A stretch of DNA of 61,271 nt, the filler included, from Sphacelaria rigidula (lineage: Eukaryota): the NCBI GenBank assembly GCA_964200075.2. It is 6 parts of 6 records of this genome, joined end to end, with 100 filler letters (N's around TTAATTAATTAA, not from the genome) between each part and the next. Parts side by side here need not be neighbours in the genome. Positions count along the whole stretch, not along the records: positions 10,230 to 20,358 come from CAXNAA020007074.1; positions 20,459 to 30,587 come from CAXNAA020007075.1; 4 more parts are not named here. One strand, 5' to 3'. The notes beneath the pieces are model-generated. The model saw only the letters and a list, made by a program, of their open reading frames with translations, ran no database searches and was not told the DNA's origin. How positions within the stretch are numbered: the stretch's first letter is position 1; every line of letters starts with the position of its first letter. Of the stretch, positions 13,150 through 25,511 are shown in pieces. The position numbers and the translations under genes were made by a program.

Positions 13150-13161
13150 TACACACGCACG

Positions 13162-13216
<55 letters not shown>
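13150..13216. repeat. (CA)n microsatellite next to a splice donor
   Basis: Direct reading. Confidence 0.95.
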
Positions 13217-13217
<1 letters not shown>

Positions 13218-13225
13218 GAACACAC

Positions 13226-16200
13226 CTGCAGCAACTGTCGATACCTAAAAGCAGGGTCATGTGTATCCATCAGCTTGGAAGCCACAGCCCTTGCTAACGC
13301 TCCGTGAAAGGCTACCGACATGCTTGAATTCTGCGCCAATAACTCCCGCAGTTCGTCGAAATTCCAACAGACTAGCTTTGCGCCGCCGGGTTGCACTTGC
13401 ACCTGCAGTGAAAAAGAAATGGGGGGAAGAAATATGGTACGGTAGCTGAAAAAAAGAAATCTGCAACAGAAAGTTCATGAACAAAAAATATTGGTAGAGA
13501 CTTGTGGATATCAATATAGCAGCCGACCATCAAAATTGAGGAAGGGGCTTTTTATTGAGGATGATAACAGTGAAAAATAAAACCTTCGTATCCACACAAT
13601 TTCTTCGAAATATAGTTGCATTTCTTGACCTACTGGTAGCGTTTTACAGCTACTACATGCCATACGAAATTTGGATTTCGACAACCGGGCTTTTAGGGTC
13701 CTAGGCGCACAAATATTCTGGGGAATTTCGGTGATCAAAACGTAAGAACTGTTTCTTCACCTGGGAACCCAACATTTCGGTAATCGGAGTCCAAATGTTT
13801 GTGGCTTGTGGTAGTTGTCGATGGCTACCAGTAGATGAAGGAACGCAACTATTTTTCGAAGAATTGGTGTGGATACGAATACTGTAATTCCCGGGTTATC
13901 TCAATGGAAAGCTCCGATGATCGGCTGTTGTATGCACATATGTTACAGGTATGCATGCATGTATGTATGTATGTATGCATACTCGTACACAATACAACAG
14001 TAACCTATTCACTACACGCCAGCGAGCTTCACCTTCGATCTGTGCTGGACAGAGTATTCTGTTTGTGTGGTGCACATCGTTTAAAAAATACTACATGTAT
14101 TAGATCCATTAATGGTAAAATGTTGTGTCGCATGCGTACGATTACACCCCCTTAGCCATAAAGAAGATGGATGAAGTGCACGGCGACAGTGCTACTGTTC
14201 TCGCCTCACGGCCATTCGCGGGAAACGTTCCTCATCACGTGTACGAACGAAATGAGGAAACTGATCAGACCAACGGAAAACATCGACGTCAGACAGAAAG
14301 GAGAGAAATCATAGAGAGGGTGTTTCGTGCTCTACAGAATTTTGCGGGGATCGTGCATTTATAACGTGGGTATTCTCTACCCCACCCCACCACACTGGTT
14401 TATAGACGAAATAACTAAGGCAAGCAACAAATGAGTACGCGCCCCCCTACCGACACCTACCCCTCTACGAGTGCTTGTGCTATCTTGGTCAGGACTCAAA
14501 GCGAATTTCTATATCGCGGGCTAGCGGCGCGGACTACACTTCAGCATTCGTTCACGAACCATGAGTCCCCTTGCGTGTGGACTGTGACCTCCTCCTCGTA
14601 CGAACGGCACATGCTTGATACTATGTACAACGGCAGAGTACAACCGGACAGTGTCGGAACCCCGTTCTTCAGTCAGCTGTCAGCGTCAAATTTCATGAAT
14701 GTATATATCTGACTGTTGTAACAGGACAGTTTCAGTTACCATCGTTCCTTCGCACAATACCACGGAAAGTCATTACTGCTGATGAAGCAATAACGGGGCG
14801 TTCGAAGCGGTTTCATCAACTCGATGATTACACTCATAAACGTCACGCTGGCAAAAAAAAAAAGACGAATTTTCCGATAAATTCTAGTACTGAGGTCATG
14901 TTGTATCCTCCACCATCGCTGCGAACCGCTTAACTTCGGTGAGTATGTTGAAATTCTCTGTGTTTCCGGTGGCCGATACTCTAGGGGCTGCTCGACCAAA
15001 GTGTCGGGGTTGAAGTACCGCCATTCGACGGGTCGCCGGTGGTATTGTTCCGAAACGAGATCTGGTGCCCAATGAGGATTCACCTCGCCCTGCAGAACAA
15101 GGGAACTGTACCGTAGAGTACAATGCCATACCCTCATTGGTTGATTGATTAGTTGATAGATTGGTTGACTGTCGCTCATTAATTGATGAATTACAAATAA
15201 CAATGATTTCTTGATATTGAGAATAGAACGTTGATTGAGAGTGGGCTTCATCCTACGCTCTAACTAGACCATTTTTTCATTCTGTGCGTGCCTTTCATTG
15301 CCTGTAACACTTGCGTGTGCTCACAGCTACACGTCGATATCCTACTCAGGAATATCAAGGGCTTCGGTGGCAAGCTATAAAACTACAGAAAGCGCATCGT
15401 GCCTCGTGTAGGGGATTTCGGAACTGAAACTATACATTCATCAATTGATCGCTTCTCACTCTCAATCACATCCTCTACCCTCAATCTCATCAAAACGTTG
15501 TTAAATTCAGCCATGGTAACAAAATAGGTGTTCCCAGGGTATAAGACGGGAAAAAAATTCGTCAAAATGAAGAGGAAATCGAGGAAAGACGAAAATGGAA
15601 GACGAAATGGAGGGGAGTACGAGACCGTAAGGGTACAACTGGAAACACGAATGAACCAACGAACCTGAGGAATAAGACAGCACCGGGCTGGTCCTTCACC
15701 TGTGTGTGTTGCTATGTTGTGTCGTCGTCCCATCTATTCTGGATGCCCGTCTACACCTTTCGGTATATGTGGGCGCACCAGCCGGGGTCACACAGGGGGG
15801 CGTACTCATACACACACAGGGGGAAGGCCAACACAGTAGTTTTTTTCTTTTTTCTTTTTAGTTCTCCACTTTCCTTCTGCGGTACTTGCCTTCATTATTT
15901 TGATCGCGAGAGGGGTCCAGCAATCCCTTTCCCTCGTCGACCATTAGGTCGAATTTTGTGTGCCCACGACATAGTCGCTCTCCACTGTTGGACATTGTGT
16001 GAGAAAAGTTCCCAGATCGCTCCGAGATTCGATCCCACGACCCAACCGTCAGCAGGTTTTCAGGTTACCAACTGAGCCACCGGGGCGACCGGCTTCACCT
16101 ACTCGTCATTAATACCAGGTACGTGTTTGAACTCACGTCGGCCACCGCGGCGCAGTTGCATCCCTCCGGTCGGCCATCACACTCTCTCCGGACGTGCTGA

Positions 16201-19200
16201 AGGAAGCTCATCTGAAAAAGAGGTGAAACAACAAACCAGATGGAACAAAAAAGGAAGATCAAGAGCGTAGGAACAGGGGAAAAAAAAAAGTGAGCACAGC
16301 AAAAGGTGACGGCACATTCATCACCATTTAGAAGGGCGCAAAGAACAGAAGAAAATAGCCTTTCATTTCAAAATCTCGAGCAACACTATCTTCCCATGAT
16401 CTCACGGAGGAACGGAGTCACTACCGCGGGGGCCGTATGGGTGCTCTACTTGTAGAGCCCAAGCTCGTGGATGTAGTGTGAAGCACGATGGTTGCTAGTG
16501 CTAGAGAGATTGAGTTTCTACTTCGGAGAAGGACAGCTAGGAAGCGGCTTGTCGTGGGAAATGACCTCTCGCGGGTGCTACCTAAGGGATCGCAAGTACG
16601 AAGCCCCAGGAATGTCGGGAACGTCCTCTCCACGCCGGTCCTCTCCTTGCGCGCGTCGAGTCTATGAACAGGCCGCGGCAGTCCAAAAGCTTGAGCTCTG
16701 GAGAGAGAGTTTACACAGGGTGATAGATAGGATACTAGCCCCGGAGAGAGGGAAAATTAAGCTCCCCTAGGGGACCGGACAGAAGATAAGTTTTCGGAAT
16801 GACTTTTCTCGGGTTTTAGTTAAGGGGGCAGGAATTCCGGTACCCTAGAAGCGTTTACAGTAGCAATTTTCTCTCTCTGTCATAGTAATCAGTATTATAT
16901 AGTCGCACTGGACAGAGCACGCGGCTCACCTCACACGAAAATCAATGTCCATCACTGATCGATGGATAATGACCTATCATGTCGTATGTATGGAATACAG
17001 TGCATAGATATCACCAACGACGAAAATACAGCAACAGCTGCGATTGAGAACCACGCCTCTCCGCAGATTAGTTGCATGGTAGCAGTTGATATAACACGAG
17101 GCAAAGGCAAGGAGAAGATGAACGGCTCTATACCAGCTGTGTCCCGCGGTCCTCTCTCTGACTGCACTGTATAATGCTCTACTCTACTCTACTGCACCAT
17201 GATTATCATAATATGCTCCATGATACGGAGCACAGTACGCTAGTCATGGGTCGCTTTCATTGTGTTCTTTTCTTCTTCGTCATACTTCGAATCCCTTCCG
17301 TATCGATTGGATCACGACGCAAGATCAATTTTGTAACATGGCGTTTGTGTGTATAGAACACATAATTCTGTCCGGTTCGAAAATGCTGCTACTAGGATCG
17401 ACAAAGCACTGCACATCAGTCGTACACATGATAGTGTGCGTTTTTCAATATAGGCTATGTCTGTTGTTCGCGTGGGAAACGTATACCTGAATACTCATGT
17501 GTAGTGCCACAGTATCTTCACCTCTCCAGATCGAATATATCTGTGCTGCTCTGAACGAATCACTGCCGGACATACCCTAATGTTGAGGTGCACTGTATGG
17601 TAATACCCATCTCCAGCACAGCTCAGACATACGACTACATCTCATTCGTTGATGATTGATCCATTGGTTGATCACTATGCATCGACTGTTGCGGTAGGAG
17701 TCATCATCCACCCGTCGTCACGAGATGGAGGTACTCAAGGTGAACACACGGAACCACTCACTGAGAAAAAAAGAAAAACGAGAAGAGGGAGGGGGATAAG
17801 GGAGAGGACAAGAGTAGAAAATCATCAGGATAAGCTGACATTGACACCAGGATGAAAACTAGTTGTACCGCTCCTGACAACCCCCCCGACAGGTCCCTAA
17901 AGGGGCTCCAGGTAAGGGGGTCGTGCTTAACAAAATATAAGACCGAGAAAGCAACTTGCGTCTCTGCTATCTGGATGGAGACCGCATCATTTGGCAGGAA
18001 TTCTCAGCCGGCACTTCTGCCAGATGGAGGCACAAATCTCAGACGAAAGGCCCCCCAAATGGACTACATTGTATCATGTTACCTCTCCCACGAACTCTCC
18101 CGGGTGGGCGGTGGCTATCTCCATGCCCTGCTTGAGCACCCGCAGCCCGCCGTCGACCACGAGGTACAGCTTGTCCTGCGTGACCCCTTCCTTGGTTAGT
18201 GCATCTCCTGCGTTTTCCCATTTTGCAGAGCATAATTTTTGTCACGCATTGCTCATTTGATTCTCCCTCCCTCCTTCTCTCTGTCTCTGTCTCTTCCTGT
18301 CTGTCTCTCTCTTCGTTGTTTGTATTGTACCTTATTCGTTACATTTTCGTCCTATCTTCTACCTTGTTAGATGCATCTCTTCTGCGATCGTGGCTAGAGT
18401 CGTAGTGGGTCAGTACATGGGCGACAATCAACCAGTCAACCTCCCGATCAATCACAGCTGTGCGCCCGGTGGTGTTGCATGAGATGAGCTCGACTCAAAA
18501 GTCATTCTCCATGTGTTGTTGCTGACATTGGAGTGGTAAGTAATCAAAATTTTAGTCGTTTGGCAAAGTTCTTTTTTCTTTTCTCATCAATCATCAATCA
18601 AGCCGAAGTACGCAACAGAAGTCCAGCAGACAAAAGGTGTATAAATTATTCCCCTTGAAGCAGGATGCAAGATAGGGGATGCTGTGTGGCCGTCGAAATT
18701 ATGACGCTTGGCGACGAGCGGATGGAAAAGATTTTACAATGCTGCAGCAACCTCGTGATGCTACAAGGTAAGAGATTCTACGCAGTGATTGTACTCTCAC
18801 AAACGTTTAACGACGGCGGCTCGTCTAGGGGAAGGCTCATGGACCAACAAACATGGGAAGTAAAGAAACAAGAAACATAGCGCAACGGCAAGCATTGGTA
18901 CGGATACCCCTGTTTTGAGAATCGACAATATATAGCATAGTAATTTGTTATCAAGATCACCTATACAAGCTGCGATTAAGTTACGGCGGGAATTGTACCC
19001 CTAGATAGTAGATATTTAATGCATGTCGCCTTTTTGTATTGGTCTTCACCCAAACAAAACATTCAATGGACATGTGGCATTTGCGCATGTTGCACTCGTT
19101 TTTTTACACATATGATTCGCCGCGTATTAGTTGATAAAAAGGAGGTACAATAATAGGGGCCAAGCCGCCATCCTGATTACATGTGGTGAAATCATACGAG

Positions 19201-19475
19201 CACGTACGACAGGACAAAACATGATGGTCTGTTCACTGCACACTAACAATTGCATGCTTAATTTCTACCGGACACAGCATCGTGTACGATGTTTACTTCA
19301 ACCTACAATCAGTACACTTGATTCTCTGGCGATCGATTTTCCCGGCGAAATATCATCGTTCCGTAAAACGCAAGACGCGGGACATGTGTCACACGACAGA
19401 AAAAAAATACCAACTCGAGACAAAGGGTGTGCTTGTAGCGTACAACACACGAGACAGCGACTGTTTCAACACAGA

Positions 19476-19517
<42 letters not shown>

Positions 19518-19806
19518 GCTGTCAGTAGTCACCATCCAGAAATCAACCAACGGAGCTTATTCGACGTCTGGGTATGCCGCAAATGGCACTTTAAAGATAT
19601 TCAAAGCTCATCATCCCTCCGCTCGAGGTCCCGCTCTTGTCCATCCCGTGCGACGTCCAACAAAAGCAAAAAGTGTCGAAAACGGTGGGGGAGAGGTGAT
19701 ACTCACCGTACTCTACTACCTCATTACCTTCGCAACGACGTAACGTTTTGGCGAGAGCGTGAATCTTCATGAAGTCCACCAGGGCGAGGCCAGCCTCGCG
19801 AAAAAC
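13226..19806 (-). CDS. Cyclic-nucleotide-binding (Popeye/Crp-like) domain protein, internal exons only
   Basis: Exons 19806-19728, 18207-18083, 16211-16137 and 13402-13226 have AG/GT ends and matching phases. They give VFREAGLALVDFMKIHALAKTLRRCEGDALTKEGVTQDKLYLVVDGGLRVLKQGMEIATAHPGEFVGEMSFLQH..AVADVQVQPGGAKLVCWNFDELRELL, the typical cNMP beta-barrel signature (LYLVVDG, PGEFVGEMSF). Confidence 0.85.
13581..13897. mobile_element. MITE with long imperfect inverted repeats
   Basis: TTCGTATCCACAC..CTACTGGTAGC pairs with GCTACCAGTAG..GTGTGGATACGAA. Related copy at 39052-39404. Confidence 0.65.
14412..14447 (+). mobile_element. Short 3' end of the C-run-associated retroposon
   Basis: TAACTAAGGCAAGCAACAAATGAGTACGCGCCCCCC. 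Confidence 0.65.
15702..16092 (-). mobile_element. Full-length tRNA-derived SINE with 8-bp TSD
   Basis: Minus strand starts CCGGTCGCCCCGGTGGCTCAGTTGG (A box), then GGGATCGAATCTC (B box), and ends in a (CA)n tail. CTTCACCT is duplicated at 15694-15701 and 16093-16100. Confidence 0.88.
19477..19519. repeat. (TTG)n microsatellite
   Basis: Direct reading. Confidence 0.95.
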
Positions 19807-20053
19807 CTGGACAACATGAGTCAAGTTGCGCAGATGAATGGACGCGTATTATGAGAGGATGTGCAAGTTTTTTTCGCGGGTAGTGATCGTATGGCCACAA
19901 GACAGGGACACACGGCCGCCCTAACGACAGCGATAACGCACGGTATGTGTGTGTGTGGGGGGGGGGGGGGCGCGGCAGGGGGGGGGGGCCACGCCCGCTG
20001 CCCCACCCACCGCGGGTACCCCCGAGCGTNNNNNNNNNGGCGGGGGGGGGGGG

Positions 20054-20086
<33 letters not shown>

Positions 20087-20302
20087 ACGAGGAGGGGAGC
20101 ACCGCCGCTCGCTCCACTACTGCAGAGTAACCAGCAGGTAGCTACCAAAACGCCTGTCGGTTTGTCGCGTCACCCGTACACTTTACAACAAACGCTATAC
20201 TGACTGTTCTATGCTATGTTGTGAACACCACACAAGTTACACTATATATCCCCTTCCATTTTTCGGTCCGCTCAACTTGTTGCATTTTTGTTTTTAAGAG
20301 GC

Positions 20303-20358
20303 GGGGGGGGGGGCGTACTCATTTGTTGCTTTCATTAGTCTGTTGACCATTGGCTACG
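20303..20358 (-). mobile_element. 3' end of the C-run-associated retroposon, cut by the contig end
   Basis: G-run followed by CGTACTCATTTGTTGCTT..TTGACCATTGG. Confidence 0.65.
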
Positions 20359-20458
20359 NNNNNNNNNNNNNNNNNNNNNNNNNNNNNNNNNNNNNNNNNN
20401 NNTTAATTAATTAANNNNNNNNNNNNNNNNNNNNNNNNNNNNNNNNNNNNNNNNNNNN
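20359..20458. other. Artificial contig linker
   Basis: N44-TTAATTAATTAA-N44. Confidence 0.98.
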
Positions 20459-20893
20459 CCACAGCTGCTCAACTGCTGCGGACATTTGGGGGGGGGAAGA
20501 TGGCTTTGCTCGGTCGCAAGTGTTTCGCGTCTTCCCTGCGAAAGAGGAATGCCACTTCAACCCCATATTTTGTATGAACCCTATTTGCTAGGATCCACCG
20601 TTATTTTTTGTATGAACCCAATTTTCTAGGATCCACTGTTATTTCATGTGTAGGTTCTGGTAGCTTGTTTTACAGCGCTGTTGCCACTCGACGCCAACCC
20701 AAGAGTCTAGAGTGTGGGGGGAGGAGGGGGGGGTATTCGCCCGTTTGTCCCACGAAGTTTCAGCTCAAAACGTCGGTGAGAGGAGCATGGGTCGTTCGAA
20801 CGCATCTGCTACCGATAAATAGCACTCATTCATGCTGCTTGACACCGTTATAAATACGAGCGCACCGGGAGAAGCAACATGTTCGTGAGGTTA

Positions 20894-21115
20894 GGCCACT
20901 TCTCATGTGTCAAGAAAAGAGTACTCTTGTTGAAAAGTGCCTCTTTGGCCCTTCTCCGTCGTTATACGCCCGAAAAGAGGGCCAGACGGATGTTGACACC
21001 TCGGGGCGACCTGCTCTGCTCGTCGAGACTGTTCCAGAGCGCCCTTGCGTTTTCCGTAGGTCACAATTTTGTTTTGGCCAAACTTGCATTTTCAATAATG
21101 AACGGTCGAGTTATA
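20894..21115. mobile_element. Single arm of a Tourist/Harbinger-like foldback MITE
   Basis: TTA then GGCCACTTCTCATGTG.., colinear with the left arm of 41395-41866. Confidence 0.7.
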
Positions 21116-22597
21116 AAACCGGCATCTTCCGCATTGTTTTGTTGTGGCACATAAGAGGTGGCCTTACGCACGTCTTTATGGTCGGAACAATTTTTTTTCG
21201 TGATGTACACCGTCCGTTTGAAACGACCGTCACTCTCTTGGAAGCCCGTAATCTGACGGGAATCCTGGTGCAAAAATAATTAAAGTCGACGTGGTCAGAG
21301 CAGAGTTGTGAGGGAACATCTGTTGAAAAAAAGTGTGCACGTCTTCGGCTGTTGTACTACTCGTACCTCTTTTCTCTTTCTTCTTTATTTTTCAGTGAGT
21401 GAGTGTTTCAGTTTTGTTGTGTCTCGAATACGTCCGTCATGTGACCACAGCTGGATCCCTGGGGGATCAGTGAAAGTGCGACAATCCATCAATCAAATTG
21501 GCCGTATCTCACGGAAGGCGTCACCAATTTCACATCTGAGACCCATTCTTATCGTCTGAAGACGGGCTCTCGGAATCAAACACACCCTCCCTATCGTAGC
21601 ATAACTTGATAATTTTTGGGGGCGTTAGGACTCTTGTTTTTCTCATGCGTCTGGGGCAAATAAGATCTATTTTTTACTACAAGCTCCTTACTCATGATAC
21701 TTCCCCCCCCATCGATGCCCCAAAATGCTCCACCCCATTGTGCCCTAGCGGTTCTCAATACCAAGTTTGAAAGTGCAGATATCAAAACCGAGATGAGAAT
21801 TCAAGATTTACGGCCTGGACTGGTCCACAAACGGAGCTGTGTGCCATTTAGCAGCTCAGTTTTCATACCTGTGCTTCAAAATTCTGCGTCGATAATCGTG
21901 AGGACACAAAATAATATACATATTTCTGCGGTATATCGATATTTCCGCGAGTTGAGGACGTTTTATTTGAGTAAGGCCCGGTCTTGTTCTATTTTCAGTA
22001 TGCCCTTGCGAAGGTGCCAACAAAATGTCTTCTACAAACTGCAATAAAAGTGGAGATGCCATACGTTTCACGTGTACAAAAGAAGGTGCTATCTTGGTGC
22101 ATTATTTTTGTACTGGAAAGACAGCATAATTCCGCCGATACTAGTACCTCGACCAAAGAGATGTTGCTTGTGCGATATAGGACCGCTCGGCTGCCTGCAA
22201 TTATGCGTCTGTATCAGAGTTGTCCGACGAAGTAATCACCGGAGTGAGATCGACCAGTTCGAGTAAATGAGGCATTGATGTGTCGAGTGCGCCATTCAAC
22301 CGCCCATCGCCTGTATGCAACCGTTTCGCCACATACCAGCGTGCTCCCGCTAGTCTGACCTCTAGCCAACATGCCGCACTTTCATGCCGGCGAACGTGCC
22401 GAAAAATATCAAATCTTATGTGTGCTTGCAGCACAAGGGAGAGCACAATGCGATATCGGAACTCCACAACTCGTGAATTCTTCTCAACTTGCCGCCCATT
22501 GTAGTGCGGCAGTCTGTGCCTCCGTACACCCACAAACGGTCAACACAAGGGTGACAAAGTCTTGCACCAATCTACTACAACAGCACGTACCATATAT

Positions 22598-25511
22598 TTA
22601 TTCCTTGGAATGAGTATCGTCCACCGCCATCCCGCTCAAAAACACAGAGGCATTAACAAAATCTTCCACCATAGGGTTGTATCCTGTCAGTGTGCGTGTG
22701 GCGGCAGCATCTCCGTATTCCTTCAAAAACGCCCCCTGCTTCATCACCATCCCCGGTCGTCTGCGGGGCTCCTTCATCCCACCTCTCCCGCTAGCACCGC
22801 CGGAGCCACCTTCACCACATACTTCTGCATGCAATCTCGATAACCTCTGAAAACAGGTTGGAAAAAAAATATCCGCCGATCCAAGCGGTACGGTGTAAGC
22901 GTTGTGGTCTCTTACAATTCCACTGGCCGGGTCTCGGCTGGACACAATCGGCGCTTGAAATGCCAGCAGTTCCTCACCAGCATCACCACCACCTGACGCA
23001 TACATTGTTGTCTCAACCATTACATCACCCCCCGACCCCGCTCGTGTGGCGTCGCCAGTCCCTTGTTCTCGACCCACGCTTCCGTCTGACGACACATTTA
23101 CTGAACCTCGCGTGGGAAACGGCATACTTGGAGCAGCAGTGCTGCTAGCATCAGCCGGAAACGAGTCAAAGTCGGCAATAATCAGGCGATGTCGCGGGAG
23201 TTTCGTCCGCAGAGCGCGAAACATCTTCAGCATTCCCGTGGGGACAAACGCCGCTTGGAACTCCGGTTGAAGGCTGTTGTTGCCGCTATCAAGCCTGCCA
23301 AAAATGTCTCGAACTGCTTCCAGGACAGTCGATGTAACGCTCGAAAATGAACCCGTCGAAACTTTGGACGAAAATGATGAAGGTAACTGTTGCCGTGGTT
23401 TCACCATTTTCTCAAGATCCGGAAAAATTCTCAGAAGCTCACGAATTACAGGATCGCGGAGGGGACGGAAGGCTTCCCTATAATCGCCGCCTTTCCTTCT
23501 CACGACGACAGCTTCGCACAGTTCCTTGCTCCCGGTACCGTTAGCTTGTTCGATCGCCTCTCTGCGTTTGTATTTTATTCCTTTCACTTCCTCACTCGGT
23601 CTTCCTTGCGAGCGATGCGGAGACGATCCTAACGCCGTGTCGCGACGACCGTTGTCGGTACTCTTGCCAGGTCGGTTGGGAAGAGCAGAATCGTCAGGAA
23701 ATCTGTTGGGGTCTGCTTGATCGTTCGTTTGTGGCGAAAAGGACGGTGTTGGAGTTGCCCACGCAATCTTGTCGTGTGGAAGGTTGTCCATCACCTCCAT
23801 GCCAAGGAAGAAGCAAGGTCGGGGGTCGACATCTCCGGAGATACCCCATTCCAGAACGTCAGCGTTCACCACTCGGCAATTCTGCACAAAATACGGTTCG
23901 GCGACCGTGGACAGAGTTTGCGGAGAGTAAGTGGTCGTGTGCGCTTGTGATGTATGCGCAGACGGGAACGATACTTGAAGAGTACTTAGATCGACCATTG
24001 TAGTGCACAAGTGCTTAGACAGTACACAAGGACGTATCAATCCGGATGCTAATCAATCCAGTACATAATCAACAGCCAATGGAAACGAGAAAAATGCAGT
24101 AAGACGGCCAGTCATGTACTGGATTGCCCCTCCCCCCTCCCCTCCTGTTCCCCTGTTCCCTTGCTCTCTGTCCGACAATCCTAGAACCCTCGTTAACCCC
24201 CATCTCTTGCACATCGCGCAACTCACGGTGTGTACGGCGCACACCCTCTCCCTCTGCCGCGCCGCCAACCGCTCGCTGATCTCCACGATCGTATACTCGG
24301 TGCGGCCGTACAACTCTGGCTCCTCCCGCTGCAACCAGTTCAACACGTTCAACGCATTTGTGCCTGACCCACCCCCGACCTCGTATACAATCAACCCTTC
24401 CCCACCGACGTCTCGCCTGTCCCCACATTTCTCCATGAGTGCCTTGTCATACCCGCGGTCGCCAGCGCTGCTCGTTTTTCGCCTGGAGGTGTTGTGTTCT
24501 AGTCCGTTTCGCGTGTGCTTTTTGCGTTTGCGTATTTCGGCGGGTGCTACGGTGTTTCCAGCGTTAGCAGTCTTGAGAGCTTCGCGTGAGATGTATCTGG
24601 CCAACGCATGCGAGAAGTGAGGGCTGAAAATCTCCACTGGGGTCATCCACGCGGACAGCTTGGATTCGTACGCCTGTCAAGGTTAGGGTTTGGAGTTTGG
24701 ATTATTTTGTGTTGCCTTCAGTCGTTCGAACCTTTCTGTGGGTAGAGATATGAACCTGATGAGATGCTGTACGCGAGTGAAAATCGGGCCCGGAAGTGAA
24801 AGGGGCTCTGATTTTCAGTTGTGTTACTGTGCCAACCCAAAAACCACGATTGGGATGACGAAGCCACGATTGGGATCGCAGCGTTTCTCGGAAGTGAAAT
24901 CTTGCGTACGAATTGGTCTGACCGGTGCCTGAGGTTCAAGCCAATTCTTTGTATTTCACCACCAGTTCCACACCTCAGAGCGCAGATGTAGCCGACACCC
25001 TGCTACAGACAGTACCTCTTACGTGAATACACGCAGGTCGAAGATCTCGTTTCGTACATGCCTCATCACGAAACATCCTCTCAACAAAATGGGAGGAGTT
25101 GTGACGGAGAGCACACTTGCATTGCAAATGTACGGTACTATTACACTGCACCTGTTTGACAGCCAAGCGGTAGTGCCACTCCCCGAGCATTGACCGGAAG
25201 TCCAACGCACCAGGCAGGTGGTTGATCACATCCTTCGTGGAGAAGTAACCACTGTCTCGATTGTAGAGAGACATGGCAATGAAGTCTCTGGTCAGTAATA
25301 CCTCGCCAGTCTCATCTGCTGCACAAACATCTTGCGTGTGACGTCGTTTCAGTTGCTCTTGCGGATGTGAGCTGAAGGACGAGTGACATGATCGGCCGGC
25401 ACCGAGGATTTGAGGCAGCGGTAAGCAGTAATGCTGCTTTTGACGACGACAAACAAGGTTGGACAGCAATCGTCGAGGGCAATGCGTGCCTAGCAACTCC
25501 GCCGCGTGCAT
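22598..25511 (-). CDS. NDUFAF7: SAM-dependent methyltransferase of the MidA/NDUFAF7 family (Methyltransf_28), probably the yeast YKL162C-like subfamily and probably mitochondrial
   Basis: Three phase-0 exons 25511-25152, 24673-24227 and 23881-22598 give about 696 aa. Motifs: TRDFIAMSLYNRDSGYF, WMTPVEIFSPHF, YEVGGGSGTNA (SAM binding), YTIVEISERLA, MEVMDNLPHDKI, LIIADFDSF, GSADIFFPTCF, TLTGYNPMVEDFVN. The symbol is a family-level call and orthology is untested. Confidence 0.9.

Noticed and set aside
19700..19728. Alternative donor TACG|GTGAGT extending the 19806 exon
   Set aside because: It adds seven residues that break the usual spacing before the cNMP G-x-x-L-x-x-E-G motif. The 19728 donor fits better, although RNA data would be needed to exclude it.
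19955..20085. Long G-runs as G-quadruplex elements (also 10230-10320 and 50955-51043)
   Set aside because: They are adjacent to Ns or contig ends, so the homopolymer sequence is low quality and unreliable.
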